A stretch of 63,946 nt of DNA, filler included, from Reticulomyxa filosa (Eukaryota; Protista; Foraminifera), in the NCBI GenBank assembly GCA_000512085.1. It is 19 parts of 19 records of this genome, joined end to end, with 100 filler letters (N's around TTAATTAATTAA, not from the genome) between each part and the next. Parts side by side here need not be neighbours in the genome. Positions count along the whole stretch, not along the records: positions 38,376 to 53,528 come from ASPP01007212.1; positions 53,629 to 61,697 come from ASPP01004976.1; positions 61,798 to 62,797 come from ASPP01039659.1; positions 62,898 to 63,946 come from ASPP01024262.1; 15 more parts are not named here. One strand, 5' to 3'. This document shows, piece by piece, positions 50,784 to 63,800 of the stretch. The first letter of the stretch is position 1. Every line of letters begins with the position of its first letter. The position numbers were made by a program, and so were the translations under genes. The notes under the pieces are model-generated. The model saw only the letters and a list, made by a program, of their open reading frames with translations, was not told the origin of the DNA and searched no databases.

Positions 50784-53528
50784 ATGACCTCCACTCCAGA
50801 TCCAGTTAATATCTGTATTTACTGATTTTTGGAGGTGTAAGGAAGACCGGGAGGGAGAGCAAAACTAGAAAATAAGCGGGAACATGTTTGCATGTGGCTT
50901 TTAATGAAAAAGAATGAGATTGCCAAAGCGGACGTTTGGGTATCACTAATGTTGCAAAAAGGCCATTCAGTGAGTGCAGTAGATTTGATCCAAAAATATG
51001 GAATTGATCCATTCACAGCTCAAAGCATATTGACACGCTTTGAGTCTCGGAGAACCAGCAAAGGTTCCCTTGTCTACAGTCACATTTGTGTCAATTTTGA
51101 AAAAACAAACAATAAAAAGACCCTTGCATGTAGCATATTTTGTGTATCCACCATGATCAAGCGAACAGTATAAAACAATACGAAGCGCACAATAAAAAAA
51201 AAGAGAACGTGACAAAAGGATTAAATACGACAAATTTACAAAAAGACAAACGACCAGTAAATTCGAATCCAAGTTATGGAAAGCAGGGAGATGGTCTAAA
51301 ATCATCGAAAAGTCAAGACCCATTGTCTTCTGGAAAAAGAGGCAATGAAATGAGTACTGACGGTACAGATAATAGTTTACTTCAAACGAATAAAGAAGAT
51401 AATGCTGAGCTGCCTTTGGGTTGGGCTAAATTACAGGACAATGAAGGGTTTTATTATTTCAATGTTATCACCCACCAAAAGACACGACAAAAGCCTGATT
51501 TTGTTGAGTCTTTTGTTATAACGTATATTTTATATTTATTATTAATTTTGGATGTTATTTTCAAACCTACAGAAAGAAAAAGAAAAAAAAAATGGACGAA
51601 CGGATGGCAATGAAGATAATACCAATTCGAATCAAGTGGCGAATATGTTAGGTGTATGTCCACCTGCTTTTTTTTTTTGTTTGTTTGGGTTGTCCTCGAA
51701 CAAATGCAAATAACAAATAAATAAATAAATAAACAAAAAACAGATCCAACGAAGTGATTGGAAATGAACAACAAGCAAATACATCGAACCCACAATCATT
51801 TTCCTCAGTTCAAAATAAAAACAACAATTAAACAAAAAAAAAAAAGTAATGAGGGGCACTATACCTGCAACATATATGTATATGTAGAGTAATTGGGAGT
51901 TATTGATTGGCAATATTGCACAAAGGGCAAAGAAAAGTGAATTATTGACAACGTTGAAGGCAATGAAAGCCGTGGCAAAGAACTTGTTACGCGAAGACCT
52001 CAAGTTTCGAACACTGTATGTCGACAATCGCAAAGTTCAAAAGAAGTTGCTACGCCACGATGGCGGCTATGAATTTTTGTTGTCCTTGGGATTTATTGAA
52101 ACTGAGCCACGCAAACTAATTTGTCAACATCCCAAAATTGACGACGTCAATATTGCCATTCAAGCGTTAGATCGTCGAATCGAACATATCGAACAAAACC
52201 CGCACTTGTATGTTGACAGTGGAAGAAATATCCAGATGAATACGAATACGAATACGAATACAAATACGAGCATGAATATGAATATGAATATGAATATGAA
52301 CATGAATATGAACATGAATATGAATGCAAATGTTGGTGCAAGACCAGGAAACGAATATGCGCGACCATTTTCAATGTCCAACCCAAATATCCCTCGTGTC
52401 AATAATATGGACCCCACGAGGGACAGCTTAGTCTCATTGCAAAGTGTACCACCCAATCACTATCAGAATTTGCAATCTGCTGCATTTGTCCCAGATGGGT
52501 TTGTTTTTTTGTTTTGTTCAAAAAATAATTAAATAAATAAATAAACAAATTGTCAATCTATCGAAAAAAGACCTTTGATTGGGGGGTTTGTGTGAATATA
52601 AAAAAAAAAATGGGGACACCTATGGCAAACACGATTTGGCTCTGAATAAGACATGGGCCTTATCGATCTCAAGCCATAAATCGAGGCGCAATGGAACCAC
52701 ATGAACCAAATATGGCCAACAACAGTTATATGCACGATACAATGACCAATCAATCATTTCCGCGACAAAAAAATAATATGAACAATGCGAATGTGACCCA
52801 ATCGCAGACAATGATACCACCAAATGGTCGCGCAGTGCCACGTTTGCTTGGGAACAACGACCGCATCCATCGGCCTTACAGTGAATCGTCCCCGCAGCCT
52901 TATGTCCCGACTGAGTCCAACGTCAAGTCTCCGGCGTCACGAACTCCAAGCAACATTGTCGAGGCCGTGTTGAATAGTCCGCCATTATTCAGCAAAATGA
53001 AAACCACAAGTGTGCTGGACATTGAAGAAGAAAAAGTTAGTCTGCCATCGCCCACCAATGCTGAAAGCGATGATGAAAAAGCCGACGCATTGATCATCAC
53101 ACAAGACTCGATTACTGACGCTGGACCACAAGAGACTCACGCTTATTTGCAAAATCTAGAAAAATTCAACGTTTAATTTTTTTTTATTGTTGTTGCTCTT
53201 CTGGGTCTTTCTCTTTATTTCTTCAACAACAACAACAACAGTGATAAATAATAAATAATAAAAGGAGCATATTCAAGAAAGAGAACAGCAACTGTTCGGA
53301 GCAGATGATAATGATCTGATGGACGCAGACGCAAACATCCCAAAAAAAGATGAGCAGGACATCTCTGAAGAAAAGGGACAATTGGATAGCAATGAGAAAT
53401 CCCCCGCACTTTCACTTCAGGATGACAACGATGTGGATGGCAAGATAAATAACAATAATGAGAATAATGACAATAATAATAATGATAATAACAATAGTAA
53501 TAATAACAATAATGATAATAATAATAAT
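50784..53528 (+). CDS. WW + PUB domain protein with low-complexity C-terminal region, 3' truncated
   Basis: WW: ELPLGWAKLQDNEGFYYFNVITHQKTRQKP (about 51405-51500). PUB: TLKAMKAVAKNLL..DLKFRTL..DNRKVQKKLL..GGYEFLLSLGFIE (about 51900-52150). Several introns; 5' exon structure uncertain. Confidence 0.72.
52236..52326 (+). repeat. Hexanucleotide repeat (AATACG/AATATG)n encoding NT/NM dipeptides
   Basis: atgaatacgaatacg...aatatgaatatgaatatg is directly visible. Confidence 0.85.
53449..53528 (+). repeat. (AAT/AAC/GAT)n poly-Asn tract at contig end
   Basis: Directly visible; probably the cause of the assembly break. Confidence 0.8.
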
Positions 53529-53725
53529 NNNNNNNNNNNNNNNNNNNNNNNNNNNNNNNNNNNNNNNNNNNNTTAATTAATTAANNNNNNNNNNNNNNNN
53601 NNNNNNNNNNNNNNNNNNNNNNNNNNNNAAAAAAAAAACAGAACAACATCCCTTTTTTTTCTTTTTTTATGAGTTCTGACGAGCCAAAACCCAACAAATC
53701 ATCCCAAAAGAAAAGGAGTTTTATG

Positions 53726-55067
53726 TTATCCCTTCACTGAATTATAGATGTATCCACAAAGAGCCAAAAATATGACAAACAATATCAATATCGGACACCA
53801 TCGTTGCATGCCACCAGACTAAATCCAAGGATGTTTTAAGAGTTGAGTCCATGCAAACAAAAAACAGAACAAATCAAACATAAAATTCATTGTTTCGTTC
53901 GTTTCATGACTCTTTTTTTTAAAAAACATAGTAGAAAAAAACGAAACGGCTTCCAATAATTTCTTCATTTGTTCATTTCTGGTTTCCAATTTATCTTGTA
54001 ATTTGTCCATTTTGTTCTCGATTTCGTCCAACATGACTTCTTGCTTCACTAATTCTTCGTTGATATCATAAGCGATCATGCCCAATTGCTTCACTCCTTG
54101 CAATATCACATCCAATTTTTGATCCAACAATTGGTCTCTTTCAACACTTTCTTGAATGAAAGCTTGTTGTTGTTGCGTCAGTGGAATCGCATCTTGGGAC
54201 ATTGTTCCATCTTCTCTTTGCTTTTGACCTTTTTGATTTTTTTTTAAACAAGGTATACGTCAAATATGTTTGCCCTCCTCCTCACTGAACGTTTTTGTCG
54301 AGCATTTTGCGCAATTTGAAATCCTCCCCCACGGGTCTTCTTTGGTTTGAATTCGGATTCCGTGTATTCCAGATCTCTGCCATTTCACAACATTAACATA
54401 TAATTACAAAATCTGAACAAAAAACCAAACAAAACAATCATATGAAATAACAAACTGTTTGAACAATCCGAGCAATTCTTTTCTTTCATCCAAATCAGGT
54501 TGTGCCAAGGCACCAGCCTATTTTTTTTAATTACATCATTGGTCAAAAAAAAAGGGAAAAAGGACCTTAAAAAAAATCTTTTTTTAAATAGAACTTTATG
54601 TGTGCGTGCTTCCCTTTAATTTTTAAGGGGAAATAAAAAAAAAATTTTGAACTTTTTGTTTTTCAAATTTTTTGATGTCGCCTTCATACGCCTGGGACAT
54701 TTTGCTGTGTAACTCCTGTGCTCTTTTGAAGTCGTTTTCGATTTGGTATTTCATTTCAATTGCTTCTTTGCTTTCTCCTGTTCTTTCTTCCAAATTTTTT
54801 CGCGTTTGGATGTTCTGTTGTGGTTTGTCCATCCCCACCACCCCCCAAATGCACTCATTTACACGATCAAAAATAAAAAATAAAAATACATACATCTTTG
54901 ATTGTTTTCATCAAAATATTCAGTTCTGCTTTGTTTTGCTGGAAATCATCCAATTGATTTCCATCTTTTTTGGGTTTACTTGTCCCACAGTTTTGTTCAA
55001 CAATTTCCACCTCACGCAACAACAGATTTAGTTGTCGAATGGTTCCATTATTTTTTCCTTTGGACAT
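53726..55067 (-). CDS. Qc-SNARE, SYP7-like syntaxin (multi-exon)
   Basis: N-terminal helical bundle; SNARE motif DQLLDQKLDVILQGVKQLGMIAYDINEELVKQEVMLDEIENKMD with zero-layer Q; tail anchor RWCPILILFVIFLALCGYIYNSVKG* similar in pattern to SYP7 C-termini. Confidence 0.82.
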
Positions 55068-57342
55068 AGTTGAAGTAGGAACGGTCTTATATGTTGGCTC
55101 AGTTGCCTGTTTCATCAACAAAAAGAAAAAAAATCTCTAAAGGGATACAAGAACTTCAACTAGACAGTTTTTCTTCTTAGTGTTTGTAATCGCAAATAAT
55201 TACTTACTCGCGTTGGGCTGAGACCTTGTCTAAGAGTCTTTTTTATGTCTTACCTTGTTTTAAATGACTACTTTCTAGCAATTGTCGCATACCTTTCAAG
55301 CACAAAAATTGTTAACTCTTTTCTTAAAAAAAGGTTAAGGTGTACACCTGAATTTTTTACATTTCGTCTTTATTTTAAAGTTGGATTGTATTTTATGGAA
55401 GTGAAAGAGAAAAGACAAGTCGTGAAAGTGAGTAGTGTGTTGTTAGAATAAAGGGTTCCAAAGTTCACTTGTAGTGCGCGAATTACTTATTACTCATGAG
55501 TAATAAATAAGTATAAACAACATACAAAATTGGCATAAGTGTTATATCAATATAAACATAAATGTGTTAGATAAGTGTCACTAATATTACACACATTGCT
55601 ATTCGATGACGTTAATATCAGAACGCAAATGTTTACTTTTTAAAAAAACCAAAAATTAAACAAAATTTTCAAAAATTTCAAATCGAAACTATTTGATTTC
55701 CACATTGTGATATCATATACTTTGATGCCGATTTAAATTTTTTGTTTTCTTTTGTTTGTTTTATAAACACTTTGCTCAAGTCAATATATGCTATATGTTT
55801 TATTAGGTGTGTAATGTATATTTTTTATGTTTATGATTTATGTCAATTTACATTACGATCAATAAGAAGTCAAATATATCTGTGTTACAACATCAAAAAT
55901 GATGTAACGCAATAAAATAAACGTGTAATCTACATGCAAATAAATATAAATTTGTTTGTATTTATGCTGAATAAAATAGACATAAACTACTTCTTTAGAA
56001 CACAAATGAGCTTATTGTTGTTTCATACAATATCATACCAACAAAATTAGCACACGTAAATAAATTTAAGTAATATCTGAAGTAAATTAAAATAGTGTAG
56101 CAGAAGCTCCTACTATATAGATAGAATCGTTAAAGGTGCTGATGAGCTCCCGGTGGGTTAAACTTTTACTAACACTTTTCACTCACCAGTGTTTTCTTTC
56201 CTCATTTTAATTGGTGTTTCGGTGTGCTCATTTCCACACATTTGTTTTCCTTTTCTTTATTTAATCTTTTTTCGTTGATACTTGCTCAAAAGAGCTAATT
56301 AACCTTTCGTATTACATTTGTGTAATATTTCATCGGCAGCATACTCCCACAACAGTTATCACAAGGTAATGTCAAATTCATAAAAATATCATTTAAAAAT
56401 GACAATTGAAATCAATTGAACTATTGTAACAGCTAAAAATAAAGTAAACGATATCTATAATAACAAGATCAAAAAATTTGAAAATAAACATAAATAAACT
56501 ACTAGTATAAGTTATATGACGATCCACAATCGGAAAAAATTGACGTATCACTATAATACATCTGAACAAAATTGATAAATCACTGTCACTAGATCAGACA
56601 AACATACGATTTGCTAAATCTGAAATTGTCAAACGAGACACTGCATAATCATTTCGAAGAATATAAGTTGATATTATATCTGAAGCAATTGGATTTAAAG
56701 CATCAATAACAAACACATTGTATGGAATGTTCACTGTATGATTCAAAGATGTTAGTATGTTGCAACGCCATACTAACTTGATCAAAGTGTGAATGTACTT
56801 GAACCTTTTTATTACAAAACTTTCCTTTTACTTTACGAACAGTCTTTTTATTATTCTTATTTTCACAAAAATAATAAACTGACATATTTAATGCTAATTG
56901 TTTCAAAATCATTACATCTTAATTTAATATTTGAAATTCGAACACAGTATCGAATGACTATATTTATATCTTTTTACGACTTTTTTAGTAACAAATTTAT
57001 GAAAGCTAAACACTTTCTGAAATATATTACGTAGCTACTAACGACTGTGTGGTAGTATCGTCTTCATGTTCATTTCTGTCAATATAATGACTAGTTCCCG
57101 TCAATTACTAAGTTTTGAACTTTACTTTTTCCTTTAGTTTGTTTCCCCTTTTCATTGTTAAATTATAATAGAAAAACAGAAAGATTACAGATAAATTACC
57201 TTTTTGAATTCTCAAAATGCGTAAACATATCATTTTAAGAACTGGGTACGTCATATTTTCATGTTTAACAAATCACGACAAGAAATTTCTAACAAAACGG
57301 AACTTAAGAAAAAGTTGATGACGCAAGTTTGAGGCAGAAGGG

Positions 57343-58674
57343 ATGTCAATGGAAAAAAAATCAGCATTAGTATTAGTAACAGGCGCCTCTGGCTTCATAG
57401 CCGGTCATATAATAAAGCAATTATGTATAGAAGGCTATCGAGTCCGTGGAACAGTGAGAAAAGTTTCCAAACAACACGGCTATCTCTACGAATTGTGCAC
57501 TGACCGCAAAAACCGCCCAATAGAGCTGTTTGAGTGTGACTTGGGAAGTGACAAGAATTGGGACAAGGCAATCGAGGGTTGCGACTTTGTGATCCACACT
57601 GCCAACGTGATGCCAAACACTCGATCAAACGACGAGAAGAAGCGGTTGCCCGTGGAAGAAAAGGAATATGTGGAACCAGTGATGAAGGGAATGGAAAGAA
57701 TTCTGAATCTATGTTTAAAGCATCGTCACACCGTAAAGAAGTTAGTGTACACAACAAGCATTATCGCAATGAATCTAGAAGGTTGGAAGTCACCTACATG
57801 TCAACAAAGAGTACCATTAATCACTGCTGACTCCTGGACGCCTGTGGACAATCCGAAATACACTGTAAAATAATGTGTGTTTGTGTATACGTATATTGCG
57901 TGTGCGTTTTTTTTTTTTTGCGAATTTTTTTTTTATGTTATTGGTTGGGATTCACATGAAGTCGAATAACTTTTTTTTTTGTTTAGACAGGGCCGTATGC
58001 GAAATCGAAAACGTTAGCAGAAAAATTTGCTTGGGAGTTTGTTCAAAAACATAACCACCCTTTTGAATTAGTGACGATTGCTCCTTCGGCAACGCTGGGA
58101 CCACTTTTAACCCCCCGTCTGCCGAGTAGCATGACGTTGCTGACCTCTTTGCTTAATCATCAATTTCCAGTCAACCCCAAAATCCATTGGCAGTTGTGTG
58201 ACGTTCGTGATGTTGCTGCTTGCCACGTCAATGCTTTGGCCTCCTCTCAATGCAATCGCAAAAGATATGTCATTGTCAATAACAATATGTGGACAAGTGA
58301 TATTGCTCAGGTTTTTGTTTGTTTGTTTTGTTTTCATTTTTTTATACTTCTTTGTTTTGCTTGGTCTTTGGATTTATTATATTGTATAGTTTCTCGATGC
58401 TGAATTTGGCCCGAAAGGTTTTTCTGTTACCCAAACAGTTGGATCTTATTGGATGCTCTGGATTATTGGACGCTTTAATCCATTAGTTCGAAATTTTATT
58501 TTGCCACAGTATGGAAAATTACGACTAGTTGATTCTAGTCCCGCTGTCAAAGACTTAAGCATTGTGTATAGAAACTCTCATGACATCTTGTTGGATGCTG
58601 CCAATAGTTTAATTCAACACAAATTGGTCAAAATCCCTCCCAACTTTTGTGAGAGCAACAAAGCCAAGTTGTAA
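57343..58674 (+). CDS. Extended SDR, NAD(P)-dependent aldehyde/cinnamoyl-CoA-reductase-like enzyme (3 exons), C-terminal PTS1
   Basis: VLVTGASGFIAG, GYRVRGTVR, VIHTA, VYTTS, catalytic YAKSK, DVRDVA..H. Introns 57865-57986 and 58311-58389; ends AKL*. Confidence 0.9.
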
Positions 58675-59683
58675 AAAATATCTTTCAGTTCCGTGTGTGT
58701 GACATCGCATGCACAAATAGGAAATGATTTGTTTTTCTTTTTGCTCACATTTTCTGCAAGAACCCACTTTTTCTCACCATATTTTGTCGAAAAAGGTCGT
58801 AATACGATTTTTTAATTTCATCTCTTCTCTTTTTACAAAAAAATACTGCAATTTGTTCCAGATTTTATCAAACTCGTAATCCAAGTGTGTAGCTTCTTTC
58901 AATCGCTGCCAGTTTGCTGATAGCCATATTGCATATAATGTACAATATCCATAAGACGATCAAACTTGTATCAGTTTTTAATCTCGTGTGAGTTTATAAA
59001 AATTAGAAAGATTAAAGAAATTGGAAGTATTCAACAGTGTTAAAAGCCAATTTTGTCATCAGGTAAAAGAATAAAACATTAAAGCACATTAGATTCTTAT
59101 TAAGTTCTAGGATATTAAATTAGTACATCTGTCACGATCTTTTGTTTGCGCTTCAAAGAACATCCTGACTGAGTAAATGATATTTCACTAATGGCAGCGA
59201 GATTGTTCTAGCAAACGGGACAGTGACAAATGAGTTTGTTTCAAAACTTGAGATCTAGTTTTATCATGTAGTGTTCACGAGATGTTTGAGACAATGCGCA
59301 CATATATTATATAACGTTAGTAACATAGTTAACTAAAAACAAAAAATGAAAAAATTTCAATTAATATAAGATTCAACACAGAGCGAATGACCACACACAT
59401 TTTGGAGAGAGAGAAAAAAAATGTAAACTACAAGTGTCATAGACAATGAAAAAAACAACTACATGGGCCAGGAGAAAAAAAAGAAATTACAAAGCCCACT
59501 TTATTAAGAAAACAACAACGCAATAATTCCACCTTTTTTGATGTTTGTTGTTTTCCAACGCAAGATTGATGATTTACTCTCTCAATTAAGTTAGGAGAGG
59601 AAAAAATAAAAAAATAAAAACAAGTAAACAAATAAACATCAACAAAAAATAGTTGACCATTAATCAATGGAGAAATAATGTAT

Positions 59684-60684
59684 TTAAAACAGTGAAAACC
59701 TTCTGTGGTATTTGTTGCCATCGAAATGTGTAGCATTTGTGTCATTTTGATTTCGAGTGGCAATATTTTGATTTTTCGAGAGAGGAAAATCCCAAGGTTT
59801 TTTTTGATTTTTTTCGTGTCGTGCGTGAAGAGATGGAAGGAGAGAGGATGCAGAAATGGAGTGTCGCGTTAATCTCGCCGTTTTCGACGAGTTTATTTCC
59901 GTTGGTTTTGATTGTGAGCATTTTTCAACAAAATACCTCTGATAGTATTTTGATTCACTGAAGCGAGTCAACAAGTTGCCATTGATCAAAGATGACACTT
60001 CACGCACAGCAGAGTTCAAATACAAATCAAATATTGCGATATCCTTTTCTATAAGTACATATATACATATATATATTTATTGAAAAAACCCAATCAATCA
60101 AATGATCCGTGAATTGTCAGCAAGATCGACAATAAAAAAAATAAACTGTTTGTAAAGTATTTAATCGAGTATTGCGAATTGGTCAGATTGGTGTCACTAT
60201 GTCGACGTTGTGAAGCTTGCGTTTCATCGCAGTTGGAACTATCGACGTAAGTGGGATGGAGTGAATGAGACTCATTTGTATTGTGGTAGTCCGTCTCGGG
60301 GGTAGAACCAATGGGTACAAGTGGCATAGGTCCTGGAACCATCACAGTCGCATCACTGTTGGGATTGGTCGCCACAGCCGGCCGCTCTTCCAGTTTCGAC
60401 TCAGTTTCGTCCAATAAAAATTCGGTAATCCCTTCGCGCTGTTCCGCACCCATCCGTCGCAAGAATCTCTCTTGGCACATGTCAGGTTGATACTTGCCAT
60501 GTTTGTTGGCTGTCCATGGAAATAAAAATTGTTGAATGCTTTGATAATTGCCATGGCTAATATTCACCTGCTGTGGCGCATTCGACGATAAAAAGCGACA
60601 CCACAACATTTGAATATGTTCATTCATATCTTTCAATGTTCGTTTATTTTTCAATTCTTTGCATGCTATTTATTGTTATTTGTG

Positions 60685-60717
<33 letters not shown>

Positions 60718-61629
60718 AATTAGTTGCTTATGTGTCACCCCCTTTGGCAGATACGAATATGATGTAAAAAATAACAGTGTGTAAGAGATATGTTGTGTCC
60801 TTTCTCTCATTTTGTTTTGTTTTATTTTATTTTGAAAGAACGAACCTTTGATAAACAATAAGTTTTCCTCACAAAAAACGGTTCGTAGGAATAACTCGAA
60901 TTGATAACATAGCAGATCATCGGCCAAAACTTCGTCCAGAATCGGGACGGTGGAGCAGATACAACTGTCGTCATGCATGTTGATTTCGCGCAGACTGGCT
61001 TGTGGTATTGTTGTTGTTGTTGAGTTGGTAGTGTTGTCACTTGAGCTTGAGTTGTGGCGATCGCCATGGTCGTGAGTCGGTCTGAATTTGTGCGACGACT
61101 GCAACGGCGCCAGCAGATCGATGGACATGGAACGGGTCATTGCTCTCAATGCCGAGTTCATACGAGCGGAGGAGTTTCTGCGTGAATCAATGCTATTTTC
61201 ATTGAGTGGCAGCAAAGTCGGACTGGATTTTCGTTTGCAATACAAGTTGTTGTTATAATTGTCATTGCCATTATTGTTGTTGTTATTGCTACTGAGACTA
61301 CCACTGGATCGTGATGCCAATGACGAGACAGTGGAATGGTAGCACGGGAGGGGACGGTCGATATAGTTTTCGTCGTCACTGGAAGAATCGCGCTCGTGCG
61401 CATTCAAGGCAACTGGCACACATCCCACACGCAAAATTGACGATTGTGACTGTGACTGTGACTGCAATGAGCCACATGAAACCGTGGCTGTCGACGTTAC
61501 GGAACTCAAAGAGCACATCGTGGCGTTCTCGGCTGTCCTCTTTTCATTGTCACACCCCTTCAGCAACACCAAATCCGGCATAAAATGTATACCATCCCAT
61601 TTCGCTTTTGTAGCTGCACACGTAATCAT
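59684..61629 (-). CDS. RGS (regulator of G-protein signalling) domain protein
   Basis: LDEVLADD..CYQFELFLRTVFCEENLLFIKACKELK, WCRFLSSNAPQQVNIS and IFD..AVREVSSLI..NLLTRFSESKYY. Introns about 60666-60845 and 60049-60146; 5' end uncertain. Confidence 0.85.
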
Positions 61630-61797
61630 TTGCGTTTATTCGTCGCAACGTATACACATGCACATTCGCACATACACAGCACAAATCGAAAACAAACNNN
61701 NNNNNNNNNNNNNNNNNNNNNNNNNNNNNNNNNNNNNNNNNTTAATTAATTAANNNNNNNNNNNNNNNNNNNNNNNNNNNNNNNNNNNNNNNNNNNN

Positions 61798-62765
61798 AAT
61801 GCAACGGCGAAAACTTGTTCCAAATTATTTCCGACTTTGGCAGAGCCCCTCCATAACAAAACCGAGCCAGTTTAGGGAACAAAAAGGACTCTGTTTGTTG
61901 TTGGGTCATGCCTCCAAAGTTCCGTATTACAGCCTCCACAAGCAAATCATTGGTGAGTTCATTATGCACATTGCAGGAATATTTCAACGAACTGGCCAAT
62001 GAATAGAAATCTCGATATCCATAAAAGTCAAAATCAAATGGAGAGGTCTGTTTATCTTTCATAATGTTCTGATATAACTGAGTAATTTTGAGAACAGCCA
62101 CGGATAACTCCTGATGCAAATTGTTATTGCCACTATTTTCGCAAATGATTGCCTCTGCAGTTTTAAGCAATTCATCATCGTTGAGCTGCGTGACTTGGTG
62201 CAAGACCATACGATTCATCTTTGCAGCATCCAATTTCCGATCACTCAATCCAACAAAGCCAATTATTCTATCTTCTTCTTCCAATAGTTTGTGCAGCACT
62301 TTCAGTGGCTGAGAAGGACTTTGTTCGGCAAGCCCCATTTCGTCCAACCATAACACAACACTCCGATTCACTTTTGTTGCCATCTCTCCTGACGCATTGG
62401 ACGAGGCCTTCTTTTCTTCCTTTTCGTCGGACTCTCTGCCATTTGTCGCTGCACGTTTCAATTTCTCTTGGAATGCAACTGCGTTATCCCATCGCTTTTG
62501 GATCAGGTCGGCCGTTGTCAACTTGGAACATTGAAACGACATAACAAAGAAATCTTCGAATCCCAACTCCGTCAGTCGCTTATTTTTACTTGAAGAAGAC
62601 AAGTTGCTTTGGACTGTCGCCATTGCGAGAGTCTTGGAAGAGCCTGGTCGTCCCACTACGATTGTCGGCGTCTTCGTGGCCAATCCGACCATCATTACAA
62701 ACAAGTTTTCTGAAAATGCTCGATTTTTTGCTATTCCTGGAGGAATATCCAATGTCCTTATATAT
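61798..62765 (-). CDS. RNF213: RNF213/mysterin-like AAA+ ATPase, internal fragment
   Basis: IAKNRAFSENLFVM, Walker A VGRPGSSKTLA, SFQCS, Walker B WLDEMGLAEQSP.QPLKVLHKLLE, FVGLSD.KLDAAKMNR, FYGYRDFYSL and RNFGG follow the RNF213 AAA module motif for motif. Confidence 0.88.
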
Positions 62766-63055
62766 CTTTTTTTTTTAATCACATTTAAAAAAAAAAANNN
62801 NNNNNNNNNNNNNNNNNNNNNNNNNNNNNNNNNNNNNNNNNTTAATTAATTAANNNNNNNNNNNNNNNNNNNNNNNNNNNNNNNNNNNNNNNNNNNNTTG
62901 CAAAAAAAAAAAAAAAAAAAACGTGATCTCGTTGAAATTACTTCAAGGACGAATAGGTTTATTATAATTTTATTTTGTTTTGTGTATTTAAATGAACAAA
63001 TGACATAATAATAAAAATATATATATACATATTATATACATATATATATATAAAG

Positions 63056-63800
63056 CATTGGAATCGAGTTGGATAAATCACTCGCTCAAGGCCATGATGG
63101 TAAAGGCATGGATGACCAAAGTATTATTGTAATTATCCGAACTAATTTGTGGTTGTGAACAAAGACTATCTTGGAGTGAAACTGTTTATGACGCATTCAC
63201 ATACGAGACTCTTTTTTTTCGCGTCGCCAAAGCATCTCATTGAAAATTTGTAACGCAAAGCAAGATTTGACCGAGCCTATTCAATTCAACTATTTCTTCC
63301 GTCGAAAATCGATAATATGGTCCAGACGTGCGAGTCGAGCACGATGCTGAATATCCTCCTCGAATGTGCCATCTTGGTCGTGAAAGCCATTCTCGATACG
63401 GACGATATTGGCAAAGTTGTGTTTTATGATCAACTTTGACGACAGGGAAATGTTTGGCATTTTATTGGATAATTGATCACTCAATAGTCACAAGATTCCC
63501 TCTTTGAGTCCGTGAAAAGGAGGTCGATGGATATTGAAACCCTCCGTCAACGAAGATGAAATATATTAAATAGTAAAGTATATGGAAAACACAAGCAGAG
63601 CCAATCTCATGATAGATCACTCAATGGAATGCAATATTTAAAAAAAAACAAAACATAATCGGTGATATTTATTGGCAAAGTCAAGTTTTCGCCTGAAGAA
63701 ATGACCAGGCGGAATCCAAATGGACATAACAGCAAGATGTGCGTGTATGTGCGGGAAAAAAAAATCTTTGACACTCCGAAAGAATATGAAAAGAGGGTCC
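63056..63800 (+). pseudogene. Decayed tandem CAP-Gly-like repeat gene
   Basis: IGIELDKSLAQGHDG (about 63057), IGKVVF/FDDREMFGILLDN*SLNSH (about 63410-63495) and VIFIGKVKFSPEEM..RRNPNGHN (about 63660-63730), separated by stops, frameshifts and small deletions. Confidence 0.65.

Noticed and set aside
40642-53528. ABCA-Ras-WW/PUB neighbourhood as a functional cluster
   Set aside because: Mixed orientations and unrelated functions. This is ordinary eukaryotic gene adjacency with no shared regulatory signal visible.
56101-56200. CTGATGAG plus a hairpin (GGTGGGT...ACTCACC, loop containing CTTTTAC) suggesting a hammerhead ribozyme, U3 snoRNA or U5 snRNA
   Set aside because: There is no stem II followed by GAAA for a hammerhead, no box B/C/D for U3, and the loop differs from GCCUUUUAC with no clear Sm site for U5. 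The minus strand looks like decayed coding sequence. An Infernal/Rfam scan would settle it.
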